From: Myxococcota bacterium
Lineage (GTDB): Bacteria; Myxococcota_A; UBA9042; PHBI01; JAWLBL01
DNA length: 64,000 nt
Direction: 5' to 3'
Assembly: GCA_041687695.1 (NCBI GenBank)
Contig: JAWLBL010000020.1
Location: forward strand, 32,001 to 96,000
In this document: positions 44,501-53,626 of the stretch, one piece after another
Numbering within the stretch: the stretch's first letter is position 1
Layout: the number at the start of each line of letters is the position of its first letter
Translations under genes and position numbers: made by a program
Notes under the pieces: generated by a model
Told to the model about the DNA's origin: nothing
Seen by the model: the letters and a program-made list of their open reading frames with translations, nothing else
Databases searched by the model: none

Positions 44501-44752
44501 CTCGCGCAGGCGGCGCCGGATGAGCCCCAGCACCGGGTGGCTGAGCAGCTCGGGGTGGAGCTCGAGGATCTCCGTCAGCCCGGGCAGCTGGTAGGTGACG
44601 ATCGTGACGAACCGCCACTCGGCCGGCCCCTCGTGGCTCGACGGCACCGGCGTTCCGCAGACGCTGCAGAAGCGGGCGGCCGGCTCGAGGGCCGTCTGGC
44701 AGGCCGCGCAACGCGTCGTTGCCGACGTCGGGGCGATCGATGGGCTGGACAT
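41567..44752 (-). CDS. Zinc ribbon, class III cyclase-like, STAND/AAA ATPase and TPR multidomain protein
   Basis: CAAC..FCSVCG; cyclase-like region; LVGRDQE, GPPGSGRSRL, LLVLED, GMPLFIEE, YRFNH; TPR-like C-terminus. Confidence 0.88.
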   Translation of the reverse strand: MSSPSIAPTSATTRCAACQTALEPAARFCSVCGTPVPSSHEGPAEWRFVTIVTYQLPGLTEILELHPELLSHPVLGLIRRRLRELFGSAGAVLVEGKDRDEMNAVFGARVASADTAEQALRAAVQAREVMREACAEALRATGASLHIKMGIDSDKALIQVGDGDDGLVVRGVPLLAAARLAEAARHDAILVDETTRRAVGDRFTLVPIEPIVFGSRTARLPAYSLEMHGARPRPASRLMTSRMLRPLVGRDQEIATLRRHLEQAIETRSLHRATLLGPPGSGRSRLVQELIQQLRGSWGQLRVVEVEVPARDGVAAAFGIVGRIVASQARLDAAASLQDARARLRELIASIHGTGQRPLDAMEEQWLFHLTGLGDAPVVAGGDPELAGEISYRSVIELLRTAAQGAPLLLVLEDAGAAIPPHLAAVARLAADLAELPVMLLLTASDALDERGEWLPLADRDLTVALGPLSHEAGRVLVDQVLGLRDALPREVADAIVDHANGMPLFIEETLGALTDAGLLAADPTTGAWSLHAGSLPSGLPATLEGLVAARLDQMPEGLVAVLRKASVVGDIFWRGLIEDLGEPQAAFNLEQLEAQGLIRRSFGSTLLGHIGYRFNHVVTRDVAYSDVPDAEARALHARTARWLAVNSGERFNEWLGAIAWHFATADEPARAVSYHMQAGSWARQRGDVGEAAFQFERARYIAPSQEMAMEAAIELADAYYHGGRLDDAARELGEVAPWAERRGDLRLRLRCHVLAARVATERGVYERAEREVEEGLVLARRIGGIKERQALLLDSSRIALQRGDEALALSLGQDSERIAIESDDALGALKARMQIARPLLNVGRLEQTRALLHSVEERARSAHHWVYVHRARQGRAWLDWLQGQPAQAATVFGETSGIFARLGVQRLEAMALLGQALSVLALGRHAEAANAAAAGLAAAERAGSRAVRGLAHACLGHIYGSVEQGRHRIQANQLTPLAIQAARTDRLSHLALGRELVEAAPPAPRLFRLLAAVAQAEYLLGRDPADETGLRARADAVTLATGFDPCVLTARIERLGHRAA

Positions 44753-44931
44753 TCTGGCGTACTCTCGGCGCGTGGCGGGCGCCCCCCGGCAGCCGCCGCA
44801 GGGGCGCACTGTACCCGGTTCCCGCGCGGGAGCAACCGTGGGGGCGGGCCAGCGCGTCGGGGCTCCGGCCGACGGCGTTGCCCTCGCGGGGCGGGGCGGG
44901 TATGACACGGCCGAACCCAGAGGAGGCACGG

Positions 44932-46995
44932 ATGGGGCGCCTGGTCGTCGGCGTGGTCGGAGCGGGGAACATGGGGTCGGGCATCGCGCAGAAGCTCGCG
45001 ATGGAGGGGGCCGAGGTCCTCCTGTACGACGCGCACCCGGAGGCGGTCGAGCGGGGCATGGGCCGCATCGCCGCGCTGCTCGACGAGGGCGTCGAGCGCA
45101 AGGTCTTCACCCGCCCGCAGGCCGACGCCGTGCTGGGGCGGCTGCGTCCGGTCGACGCCGTGGACGCGCTCGCGGCGTGTGGGCTCGTCATCGAGGCGGT
45201 GTTCGAGGATCTCGGCGTGAAGCGGCGCGTCTTCGAGCGGCTCGACGCCGTCTGCGGTCCCGAGGTCGTCCTCGCGACCAACACCTCCAGCTTCCGGGTG
45301 ACCGATCTGCAGCCCGGGCTGCGTCACCCCGAGCGCCTCGTCGGCCTGCACTTCTTCTTCCACCCGGCCAAGAACCGGCTGGTCGAGGTCATCGCCGGCG
45401 ACCACACGCGCGCCGACGTGTTCGACCGCGCGTGGGCCGTCATGGAAGGCACCGGCAAGGATCCGATCCGCTCGGCCGACGCCCCCGGCTTCATCGTCAA
45501 CCGCTTCTTCGTGCCGTGGCTGAACGAGGCGGTCCGTCTGCACGAGGAGGGCGTCGCGGCGCCCGGCGACATCGACGCCATCGCGCGCGAGGTCTTCGGC
45601 GTGGGGATGGGCCCCTTCCAGTTGATGAACGTGACCGGCGTGCCCATCGCGTGCCACGCGGCCAACACGCTGGGTGAGGCGTTCGGGGCCTTCTACGCGC
45701 CGGCGCGAGGGCTCGAGCGGCAGGTGGCCTCGGGGGCGCATTGGGAGCTCGAGACGTCCGAGGCGGGGAGCGATCCCCTGGTGCGGGCCCGGGTCGCCGC
45801 CCGGCTGCGCGCCGCCGCCTGGATCGCGGCCGGGCAGCTGGTCGACGAGGGCGTGGGCAGCGTCCGCGACGTCGAGCTGGGCGCGCGCGTCGGGCTGCGC
45901 TGGCCGCGGGGACCGTTCACTTTGGCGGGAGAGGTCGGCCTCGACGCCGCGCTGGGCGAGATGGAGGCGCTGGCGCGCGCCTGGGACCTGCCGCTCCCGA
46001 CGGTCTTCGCGTCGCGCCGCGGCTGGGGCGGCCCCGAGCACCCGTTCGCCCTGCCGGTCGTGGTGACGGAGCGGCGCGGGGACGTGGCCATCATCAGCCT
46101 CGACCGGCCAGACAAGCTCAACGCCCTGTCGCCGCAGCTCGTGGCCGAGCTCGAGGCCGCCTGGGACGCCGTCGAGGCCGATCCCCAGGTGCGCGGGGTC
46201 GTCCTGCGGGGCACCGGCAAGGCCTTCGGCGCCGGCGCCGACGTCGAGTTCTTCGTGCGGTCGATCGAGGCCGGGCACATCGGGGCCATCACGGCCTTCA
46301 GCGGGCGCGCCGCGCGCCTGTTCAACCGCATCGACGCCTCGGACAAGCGCGTCGTCGCGTTGCTGTCGGGCCTCAGCCTGGGCGGCGGCAGCGAGCTCGC
46401 CCTGACCGCCGACCACATCGTAGCGACCCCGAAGGGCAGCCTGGGCTTCCCCGAGACGGGCCTGGGCATCTACCCGGGGCTGGGCGGCACGCAGCGCAGC
46501 ACGCGGCGCGTCGGGCGGCCGCTCGCGCGGTGGTTGGTCCTGGCCGGCAAGCCGATCGATGCGCGGACCGCGTTCGACATCGGCCTGGTCGACGTGTTCG
46601 CGCCGGCCGACCAGGCCCTGACGATCGCCCTCGAGCTGGCGCGCACGGGCCAGACCTCGGCCGATCTGCCGTCCCGCGCCGCCGCGCCGCACGCCCTATC
46701 CGCGGCCGCCGAGCGCCTGCTGGGCGACACCACGGCCGAGACGTGGCTGGTGCGCGGCGCTCGCGACCCGCAGGACGCCGAGGCGCTCGAGCTGGAGAAG
46801 CTGCTGTCGCGCAAGGCGCCCCTGGCGCTGGCCGAGGCCGCGCGCCTGGTCGCGATGGCCGACCGCGGCGGCGACGTCTCCCGGGGGCTCGAGGCCGAGC
46901 TCGAGGGCATCGAGCGCATGTTCGCGACGCGCGACGCCCACGAGGGCATGAAGGCGCTCCTCGAGCGCCGGCGGCCGGTCTTCGAGGGGCGCTGA
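44932..46995 (+). CDS. 3-hydroxyacyl-CoA dehydrogenase / enoyl-CoA hydratase fusion (dehydrogenase first)
   Basis: AGGAGG RBS; GAGNMGSGIA, EAVFED, TNTSS, GLHFF, PGFIVNR; crotonase RPDKLNAL, AGAD, GGGSEL, PETGLG.YPG.GG. Confidence 0.93.
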   Translation: MGRLVVGVVGAGNMGSGIAQKLAMEGAEVLLYDAHPEAVERGMGRIAALLDEGVERKVFTRPQADAVLGRLRPVDAVDALAACGLVIEAVFEDLGVKRRVFERLDAVCGPEVVLATNTSSFRVTDLQPGLRHPERLVGLHFFFHPAKNRLVEVIAGDHTRADVFDRAWAVMEGTGKDPIRSADAPGFIVNRFFVPWLNEAVRLHEEGVAAPGDIDAIAREVFGVGMGPFQLMNVTGVPIACHAANTLGEAFGAFYAPARGLERQVASGAHWELETSEAGSDPLVRARVAARLRAAAWIAAGQLVDEGVGSVRDVELGARVGLRWPRGPFTLAGEVGLDAALGEMEALARAWDLPLPTVFASRRGWGGPEHPFALPVVVTERRGDVAIISLDRPDKLNALSPQLVAELEAAWDAVEADPQVRGVVLRGTGKAFGAGADVEFFVRSIEAGHIGAITAFSGRAARLFNRIDASDKRVVALLSGLSLGGGSELALTADHIVATPKGSLGFPETGLGIYPGLGGTQRSTRRVGRPLARWLVLAGKPIDARTAFDIGLVDVFAPADQALTIALELARTGQTSADLPSRAAAPHALSAAAERLLGDTTAETWLVRGARDPQDAEALELEKLLSRKAPLALAEAARLVAMADRGGDVSRGLEAELEGIERMFATRDAHEGMKALLERRRPVFEGR

Positions 46996-47020
46996 GACGA
47001 TCCCGAGCGCCGCCGGGCCG

Positions 47021-48958
47021 TCACAGGCCCAGGCGGCGACACGCCGCGCGGATGAGCGCCGCGCGGCCGGGGTCGAGCGGGTGGCAGGCGAGCCCCGCCG
47101 GCCAACGCTCGCAGAAGGCGTCCACGGCGCCGCGGCACTCGGGCGACACGTCACCGAGCACCAGCCGGTCGATGGCCGCCCGGGTCGAGGCCGCGGCGGA
47201 CAGGCCGACGGTCCACGGACCCAGGTTGGTGCGTGCGGTCAGGAGGTGCGGGCCGCCCTCGAGGGCGACGAAGACGCGGAAGTCCTCGCGCAGGCGCTCC
47301 GTCAGCTGGACGGCCAGGGGACCACCGGCCTCGGCCAGCGCGAGCGGGTGCAGCATCAGGAGGGCGTTGGCCGTCCCGCGGCCGACGCGACGCGCCTCGT
47401 CCGACAGGCCCAGATCGGCCACGGTGCGGCCCGTGGCGGCGACCCGGTCCAGCGCGTCGAGCGTGGCCCGATCGGAGGCGACCTCGAGGAGGGAACCGCG
47501 GACGCGCCACGCCAGGATCTCGCGCGGCCGCGCGCCCTCCGCCGCGACCGCGGGCCGCACCAGGTGCAGGTCGTGGTCGTCCATGGCCAGGCGTCCGAAC
47601 GCCAGCTCCCCCTCGAGCATGGTGGGCAGGACGACCTCGAGCGCGCGCTCGACCGCGCGCGGCGCCTCGACCCGGGCGACCACCAGCCACCCGCCCAGGT
47701 GCGTCGCGTGCGGCAGGCTGGCCAGATCCTGGCTGGGCAGCAGCGCCAGCATGGCCTCGCCGGCGAACCCGGCGAGCACCTCGGGATCCATCCGCTGCAG
47801 CAGCTCCAACCCGCTCGCCAGCGCGCGGTTCGCGGGATCGCCCGCCACCGCGGCGTCGCCCAGCTCGGCCCGGATGCGCGAGGTCACGTCGCGCCACGCG
47901 GCCAGGCTCTGCAGCGGGTCGTCCAGCGCGACGTCCGCGACGAGCAGCGCGTCCGCTGGCGCCCGCCCCAGCAGCGCGCCGCTCTCCCCCTGCAGGAGAT
48001 CCGGCAGGCTCTGCAGCGTCCCCGACGCGCTCAGGCGGGCCGTCAGCTCGAGCTCCTCTCGGCCGGCCTCCATCGAGGCCCGCGCCGACATCGAGCGGAC
48101 GCCCTCGACCAGCAGGGCGCGCCGCCAGGCCACGTCTTCGGGGGCGGTCCCGCGTCGCCGCACGAGCGCGTCATAGGTGGAGGCCGGGTCGAAGAAGGCC
48201 CACAGGTCGCCGGGCGCGCGGACCGCGGGCGGCGCGAAGCCGTCGCGCGCGCGGATGGGCTGGCTGCGGCCGCTGACCTTGGCGTGGATGAGGTCGCTCA
48301 GCGCCGCCTCGGGGCCGAACGACAGGACCACATGCGGATCGATCGCCGACATGCGGATGGGGACGGCCGGCTCGGACCAGGGGAGCAGCTCGCCCGGGTG
48401 GCTGAGGGCGCGCATGTCGTAGCCGAGCTGTCGGTCGATGGGCTCCGTCCAGGGCGTCAGCCGCGCCAGGACCCGCCGGCGCTCCCACGCGTCCTCCACG
48501 TGCAGGAACGCCAGCACCCCCACGCCATCGGGTGTGGGCACGACGGCCAGCTGCAACGAGTCCACCGCGTCCAGGATGTGCCGCACCGTGCCCAGCGGGA
48601 TCCCGGCGATCTGGTCGGTCATGCGGCCGGCCAGGAACCCCTCGGCCTCGAGCCCAAGCTCGAGGGCCATCGGATCGCGCCATCGCTCGAGGGCCAGCGC
48701 GTCCCTCAGGGCGCCCCAGGGCCGGTCGACGCGCGCGTAGGCCTGCGCCGAGGCGGGCAGGAGCCGGGTCGGGTCGGTGCTCGCGCCCTCCCAGGTGCGG
48801 TGATAGACGACGCCCGTCACGATGCCGACCAGCAGCATCCCGATGGCCACCGTCGTCGCGACCGCGCGCATCGAGGGCCGCGCGGCGTCGGCCGGCAGGA
48901 TGACCGGGCGCCGCGGCGGGCCGAAGGGGTGGGAGTCGGTCTTGGGGCGCTCGCGCAT
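47021..48958 (-). CDS. Hypothetical membrane-anchored protein (possibly DUF3352-like)
   Basis: Single N-terminal TM helix; twice-seen LLP.SA/AP.DA-type motif; follows the pyrC-like gene. Confidence 0.6.
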   Translation of the reverse strand: MRERPKTDSHPFGPPRRPVILPADAARPSMRAVATTVAIGMLLVGIVTGVVYHRTWEGASTDPTRLLPASAQAYARVDRPWGALRDALALERWRDPMALELGLEAEGFLAGRMTDQIAGIPLGTVRHILDAVDSLQLAVVPTPDGVGVLAFLHVEDAWERRRVLARLTPWTEPIDRQLGYDMRALSHPGELLPWSEPAVPIRMSAIDPHVVLSFGPEAALSDLIHAKVSGRSQPIRARDGFAPPAVRAPGDLWAFFDPASTYDALVRRRGTAPEDVAWRRALLVEGVRSMSARASMEAGREELELTARLSASGTLQSLPDLLQGESGALLGRAPADALLVADVALDDPLQSLAAWRDVTSRIRAELGDAAVAGDPANRALASGLELLQRMDPEVLAGFAGEAMLALLPSQDLASLPHATHLGGWLVVARVEAPRAVERALEVVLPTMLEGELAFGRLAMDDHDLHLVRPAVAAEGARPREILAWRVRGSLLEVASDRATLDALDRVAATGRTVADLGLSDEARRVGRGTANALLMLHPLALAEAGGPLAVQLTERLREDFRVFVALEGGPHLLTARTNLGPWTVGLSAAASTRAAIDRLVLGDVSPECRGAVDAFCERWPAGLACHPLDPGRAALIRAACRRLGL

Positions 48959-48972
48959 CGCCGGGCCGGGGG

Positions 48973-50307
48973 TCAACCGCCCGCGGCGAAGCGCAGCGGA
49001 CGGCCACGCACGTCGTCGTCGACGACGCGCCCAGCGGCGGCCACCTGTCGCCCGGCGACGAAGACGGCGTGCGGGGGCGCGGCCAGGAGCTCGCCTTCGA
49101 AGGGGCTCCAGCCGCACTGGCTGAGGACCTCGGCGCGCTGGTAGGGCGCCGAGGGCGCGTCGGACACGACCACCAGATCGGCGTCGGCGCCCACCGCGAT
49201 CTCTCCCTTGCCGACGATCCCGAACCGGCGGGCCGCGCGGGTCGCCATCAGCTCGGCGATGGCGCGCAGCCCCAGGCCTCGGCGGCGCCCCTCGTGCAGC
49301 ATGTAGCGCATCGACGTCTCGACCCCCGGGACGCCCGCCGGCGCCGTGGGGTAGGGCTGCTCCTTCTCCTCGGGCAGGTGCGGCGCGTGATCGGTCGCGA
49401 CGAAGTCGACGCGCCCGGCGGCCACGGCCTCCCAAAGGGCCTCGCGGTCCTCGGGCGCGCGCAGCGACGGGTTCATCTTGGCGTAGTTGCCGTGGGTGGC
49501 CAGGCGCGAGGCGTCGAAGGCCAGGTGGTGCGGGCAGGCCTCGGACGAGACGCGGTGGCCGGCGTAGACGGGATCGCCGGTGAGCAGGGCCAGCTCGGCG
49601 CGCGTAGACAGGTGGCACACGTGCGCCGGGTGATCGTAGGCGCTCGACAGCTCGAGCAGGCGGCGCACGGCGACGACGGCGGCCTCGGGCGGGCGCGCGA
49701 GCGGGTGGACGCGCGGATCGTCGACGCCCGCGTACGGGGCGCCGGCGGCCAGCAGGACGCGGTTGTCCTCGGCGTGGGCGACGATGATGCGGCGCGTGTG
49801 CTGGAACAGGGCCTCGAGGGCGCCGGGGGCGTCGACCAGCAGCGGCCCCGTCGAGGCGCCCATGAAGACCTTGGTGCCGCACCAGGGCAGGTCGGAGTCC
49901 TCGAGGCGGCGGATGGCGTCGAGGTTGTCGTTGGTGGCGCCCATGAACAAGCCGTAGTGGCAGCGCGACTCGCCCGCGGCCAGGGCGAGCTTTTCGCGCA
50001 GGCGCTCGGCGTCGGTCGTGGGCGGCTGCGTGTTGGGCATGTCGACGACGCTCGTGATGCCGCCGACGACGGCCGAGCGGGTCGCCGTGCGCCACGTCTC
50101 CTTGTGGGTGTGGCCGGGCGTGCGGAAGTGGACGTGCGTGTCGACGCCACCGGGGAGCACGGCGCGTCCGCCGAGATCGATGACCTCGCGCGCCGTCCCG
50201 TCGACGTCCCCCAGGGCGACGATGACGCCGCCCTCGACGGCGAGGTCGCCGCGGACGTCACCTTGGGAGGCGATGAACAGGCCGTCGCGAAGGATGAGGT
50301 CGTACAT
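48973..50307 (-). CDS. pyrC: Dihydroorotase (type I)/allantoinase-family amidohydrolase
   Basis: DTHVHFRTPG, DMPNT, HAED, HVCHLST, KMNPSLR, ATDHAPH. Confidence 0.8.
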   Translation of the reverse strand: MYDLILRDGLFIASQGDVRGDLAVEGGVIVALGDVDGTAREVIDLGGRAVLPGGVDTHVHFRTPGHTHKETWRTATRSAVVGGITSVVDMPNTQPPTTDAERLREKLALAAGESRCHYGLFMGATNDNLDAIRRLEDSDLPWCGTKVFMGASTGPLLVDAPGALEALFQHTRRIIVAHAEDNRVLLAAGAPYAGVDDPRVHPLARPPEAAVVAVRRLLELSSAYDHPAHVCHLSTRAELALLTGDPVYAGHRVSSEACPHHLAFDASRLATHGNYAKMNPSLRAPEDREALWEAVAAGRVDFVATDHAPHLPEEKEQPYPTAPAGVPGVETSMRYMLHEGRRRGLGLRAIAELMATRAARRFGIVGKGEIAVGADADLVVVSDAPSAPYQRAEVLSQCGWSPFEGELLAAPPHAVFVAGRQVAAAGRVVDDDVRGRPLRFAAGG

Positions 50308-50386
50308 GGGCCGGAGGCTAACACCAGCCGGAGCGCGACGCACGCGGCGTCCGCAGGCCCCGCAGCCGCGTCGGCGGCTCGAGGCC

Positions 50387-51370
50387 TCAGAGCCAGCCGG
50401 CCTGCCGGTACCAGTCGGCCGTGACCTTGGCCCCCTGGTGGAAGTCGGTGGTGGGCGCCCAGCCCAGGGCGTCGCGGATGGCGTCGGAGCTGACGAGCCA
50501 GTTGTCCTGGCGCATCTCGGCGACCTTGTCCGGCGTCAGCATGACGGCCTTGCGCGCGACGCGGCCGTAGGTCGCCGAAGCCCGCGACGCGGCCTCGAAC
50601 ACCCAGACGGGCAGGCGCACGGCGCGCGGCTTGACGCCCAGGGCGGCGCCGATCTCGCGGCCCAGCTCGGGCCAGGTCCAGGCGTGGCCGTCCTCGACGA
50701 AGAACAGGCTGCCGCTGTCGTGCGGGCGGGTCAGGGCCTGCTCGAACGCCCGGCACAGGTCGTCGATGTAGACGACCGACAGCCGCGAGCGCCCGGAGCC
50801 GGGGACCGGCAGCACGCGCCGCTTGACCATCTGGAAGAAGCGCAGGACCTCTCGGTCGCGCGGCCCGTAGACGACCGGCGGCCGGATGATGGTCACGGGC
50901 AGGTCGCCCGACAGCGCCTGCAGGCGCTGCTCGCCGATGAGCTTGCTGCGGCCGTAGACGCTGACGGGGTGGGGCTCGTCGCGCTCGCTGATGGGCGCGA
51001 AGTCGGGGGCGCCGGGCCCGGCCGCGGCGATGGACGACGTGTACACGAAGCGCTGGAGCTGCGGGTTGGCCCTCAGCGCGGCCTCGGCCAGGCGCCCGGT
51101 GCCGGCGCCGTTGACGTCGATCATCTCGGCTTCGCTGCGCGCCTTGATGAGCCCCGCGATGTGCAGGACCGCGTCGCAGCCTCGGATGCCCTCCTCGAGG
51201 CGGTCGGCGTCGGCCATCGTGCCCTCGAAGGTCTCGACGCCCAGCGCGTCCAGGGCCGACGTGTCGCTGGTCTTGCGGACCAGGGCACGCACCTCGTGGC
51301 CCGCGGCCCGCAGGTGCTTGACGGCGTGCGTGCCGACGAACCCCGTCCCGCCGGTGACGAAGACGCGCAT
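50387..51370 (-). CDS. NAD-dependent epimerase/dehydratase (extended SDR), candidate ceramide reductase
   Basis: TGGTGFVG, YGRSK, RPPVVYGPRD; TGATG coupling to the upstream GNAT gene. Confidence 0.88.
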   Translation of the reverse strand: MRVFVTGGTGFVGTHAVKHLRAAGHEVRALVRKTSDTSALDALGVETFEGTMADADRLEEGIRGCDAVLHIAGLIKARSEAEMIDVNGAGTGRLAEAALRANPQLQRFVYTSSIAAAGPGAPDFAPISERDEPHPVSVYGRSKLIGEQRLQALSGDLPVTIIRPPVVYGPRDREVLRFFQMVKRRVLPVPGSGRSRLSVVYIDDLCRAFEQALTRPHDSGSLFFVEDGHAWTWPELGREIGAALGVKPRAVRLPVWVFEAASRASATYGRVARKAVMLTPDKVAEMRQDNWLVSSDAIRDALGWAPTTDFHQGAKVTADWYRQAGWL

Positions 51371-52596
51371 CAGCCCACCTCCTCGGGCGTCCGCCGCGCC
51401 GCCGCGTCGCCACCCGCCGGGGCCGCCGCCGCCTGGGCTTGCACCAGCGCCTTCTCGTAGATGCGATGGCGCCGGTGGACGTTGCCGCCCATGAGCTTGA
51501 TGCCCATGTTGATCTTGTCGTTGTCCTCGAGGGTCCAGCCCAGCTCGCCGTGGGTCAGCCCGAGGCGCGCGCCGCGGTCGTTCATCTCGGCGTACAGCAG
51601 CACGCTCAGGCCCTTGCCGCCGATGCCGGTGCCGCGGAACTTCGGCCGGATGCCCAGGGCGACGAGGCGCGCCGACTTGTAGGGGACGCGCTTGACGCGC
51701 CAGAAGAGCTTGGCGAACCCGAACGGCAGCAGCTTGCCGTCCAGATCGGCGATGTGCTCGTGGATGTTCGGCAGGGCGAAGCTGATGGCGGCGGGCTCGC
51801 CGTCGATCTCGGCGATGAGGCACAGGTCGGGGACGACGAAGAGCTTGAGGTCGGCGGCCAGCTTGGTGATCTCGGCGTCGGTGAGCGGCACGAACCCCCA
51901 GTTCTTCGCCCAGGCCTCATTGAAGATGTCCATGATGATGCGGACGTCGCGCTCGAGCGCCTTCATGTCGATGGTGCGGACCGTGACCCCCGGCGACTTC
52001 TTGGCGGCGTCGGCCATCTGCCGGATGGGCTTGGGCAGCTCGCCGGTCTTGTAGCCCCACGAGAAGAGGTCCTTGGCCTTGGTCAGGCCCTGGGCCTCGA
52101 GCAGCCGCGCGTAGTAGGGCGGGCTGTGGCTCATCATCGGGTAGGGCGCGATGTCGTGCCCTTCGACGAGCACGCCGCACTCGTCGTTGATGGTGAAGCT
52201 GAACGGGCCGCGCATGCTGGCCCGGCCGCGCGCGCGCAGCCAGGCCTCGGCGCGTTCGAGCAGCGCCTTGGCGACCGCCTCGTCGTCGATGGCCTCGAAG
52301 AAGCCGAAGAAGCCCGCGCCGTCGCCGTGGACCCGGTCGTGCTCACCGTTGATGTGGGCGCTGATGCGGCCGACCGGCTTGCCGTCGCGGAAGGCGACGA
52401 AGAGCTCGGCCTCGCCGTGACGGAAGAACGGGTTCTTGCGGCGGTCCAGGAACTCGCGCCGCTCTTGCAAGAGCGGCGGCACCCAGGCGGGATCCGGGGT
52501 CTCGCCGCGGTAGACCACCCAGGGCATCCGGATGAAGGCCTCGAGGTCCTTCTTCGAGGTGACGGGGCGGACGGTGACGGACGTGGTCACGGACAT
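51370..52596 (-). CDS. Double-GNAT (YghO-like) acyltransferase, candidate bacterial ceramide synthase
   Basis: WVPPL, NPFF, VGRISA, FFGFFE, RGPF, PPYY, FNEAW..NWGFVP, LLPFG, WTLEDN. Confidence 0.8.
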   Translation of the reverse strand: MSVTTSVTVRPVTSKKDLEAFIRMPWVVYRGETPDPAWVPPLLQERREFLDRRKNPFFRHGEAELFVAFRDGKPVGRISAHINGEHDRVHGDGAGFFGFFEAIDDEAVAKALLERAEAWLRARGRASMRGPFSFTINDECGVLVEGHDIAPYPMMSHSPPYYARLLEAQGLTKAKDLFSWGYKTGELPKPIRQMADAAKKSPGVTVRTIDMKALERDVRIIMDIFNEAWAKNWGFVPLTDAEITKLAADLKLFVVPDLCLIAEIDGEPAAISFALPNIHEHIADLDGKLLPFGFAKLFWRVKRVPYKSARLVALGIRPKFRGTGIGGKGLSVLLYAEMNDRGARLGLTHGELGWTLEDNDKINMGIKLMGGNVHRRHRIYEKALVQAQAAAAPAGGDAAARRTPEEVG

Positions 52597-52654
52597 GGGC
52601 GCCTCTCGCGGGTGGCGGCGGACCCCGCGGCCCGGCGCAAGGGGGCCGTATAGA

Positions 52655-53623
52655 TCACGGCACCCGTGGAAGCAACGGCCCGTCGTGCCAGGCGGGGACC
52701 CCGCGCAGCACCTCGGCGAAGTCGCCCGGGTCGGCCCGCCGGATCGCGGGCGACCACATGCCGACGCTGGCTCCGAGCCGCGCGATGAGCTCGCCCGGGT
52801 GGTCGCCCGCCTCGCGGAAGGTCGCCAGCGCCAGGTCCCCCTCGCGCTTGGACAGCTTGCGGCCGCCCTCGTCGGTCACCAGCGGGTGGTGGCCGAACCG
52901 CGGCGCCGGCTGGCCCAGCGCCTCGTGGAGCAGCAGCTGCCGCGCCGTCGAGCCCAGCAGATCCCGCCCACGCACCACGTCCGTGATCCCCATCGCGCCG
53001 TCGTCCGCCACCACGGCCAGCTGGTAGGTGGGCGCCCCGGGGCGTCCCAGCAGGAAGTCGCCGCAGGTCAGCCGCACGTCCTCGACGTGCCGGCCGCACC
53101 ACAGGTCGTCCCAGACGACCCGCGCCCGCTCGCCCTCGGCGGTCACGTCCAGCCGGTAGCCCCCTCGGTCGACGTGCAGCGCGCGCGGCGCCTCGCCCGG
53201 ACCCGGCCGGCACGTGCCGGGGTAGGGCACCTCGCCCCCGGCGTGCAGGTGCGGCGCCGACTGCGCGGCCCGCACCTCGGCCCGGCTGCACGTGCACGGA
53301 TAGGCCCGCCCGCGCCGCGCCAGCGCCTCGAGCCACGCGTCATAGCGTTCGAACCGCGCCGACTGCCGATACGGCCCGAACGGCCCGCCCACGTCCGGCC
53401 CCTCGTCCCAGTCCAGCCCCAGCCAGCGGAGATCCTCGAGCAGCGTCGCCTCGAACTCGGGCCGGCAGCGCGCCACGTCGATGTCCTCGACGCGCAGCAC
53501 CAGGGTCCCACCGGCCGCGCGCGCCGCACCCCAGCCGACCAGGGCCGCCAGGGCGCTGCCGACGTGCAGGGGCCGCGAGGGCGTCGGCGCGAACCGGAAC
53601 CGCCGCGGCGGCGCCCCCGTCAC
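52655..53623 (-). CDS. gluQ: Glutamyl-Q tRNA(Asp) synthetase
   Basis: RFAPTPS..LHVGS, LRVEDID, YPCTCSR, YQLAVVADD, VRGRDL, KLSKR; no anticodon-binding domain. Confidence 0.9.
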   Translation of the reverse strand: MTGAPPRRFRFAPTPSRPLHVGSALAALVGWGAARAAGGTLVLRVEDIDVARCRPEFEATLLEDLRWLGLDWDEGPDVGGPFGPYRQSARFERYDAWLEALARRGRAYPCTCSRAEVRAAQSAPHLHAGGEVPYPGTCRPGPGEAPRALHVDRGGYRLDVTAEGERARVVWDDLWCGRHVEDVRLTCGDFLLGRPGAPTYQLAVVADDGAMGITDVVRGRDLLGSTARQLLLHEALGQPAPRFGHHPLVTDEGGRKLSKREGDLALATFREAGDHPGELIARLGASVGMWSPAIRRADPGDFAEVLRGVPAWHDGPLLPRVP

Positions 53624-53626
53624 GGC

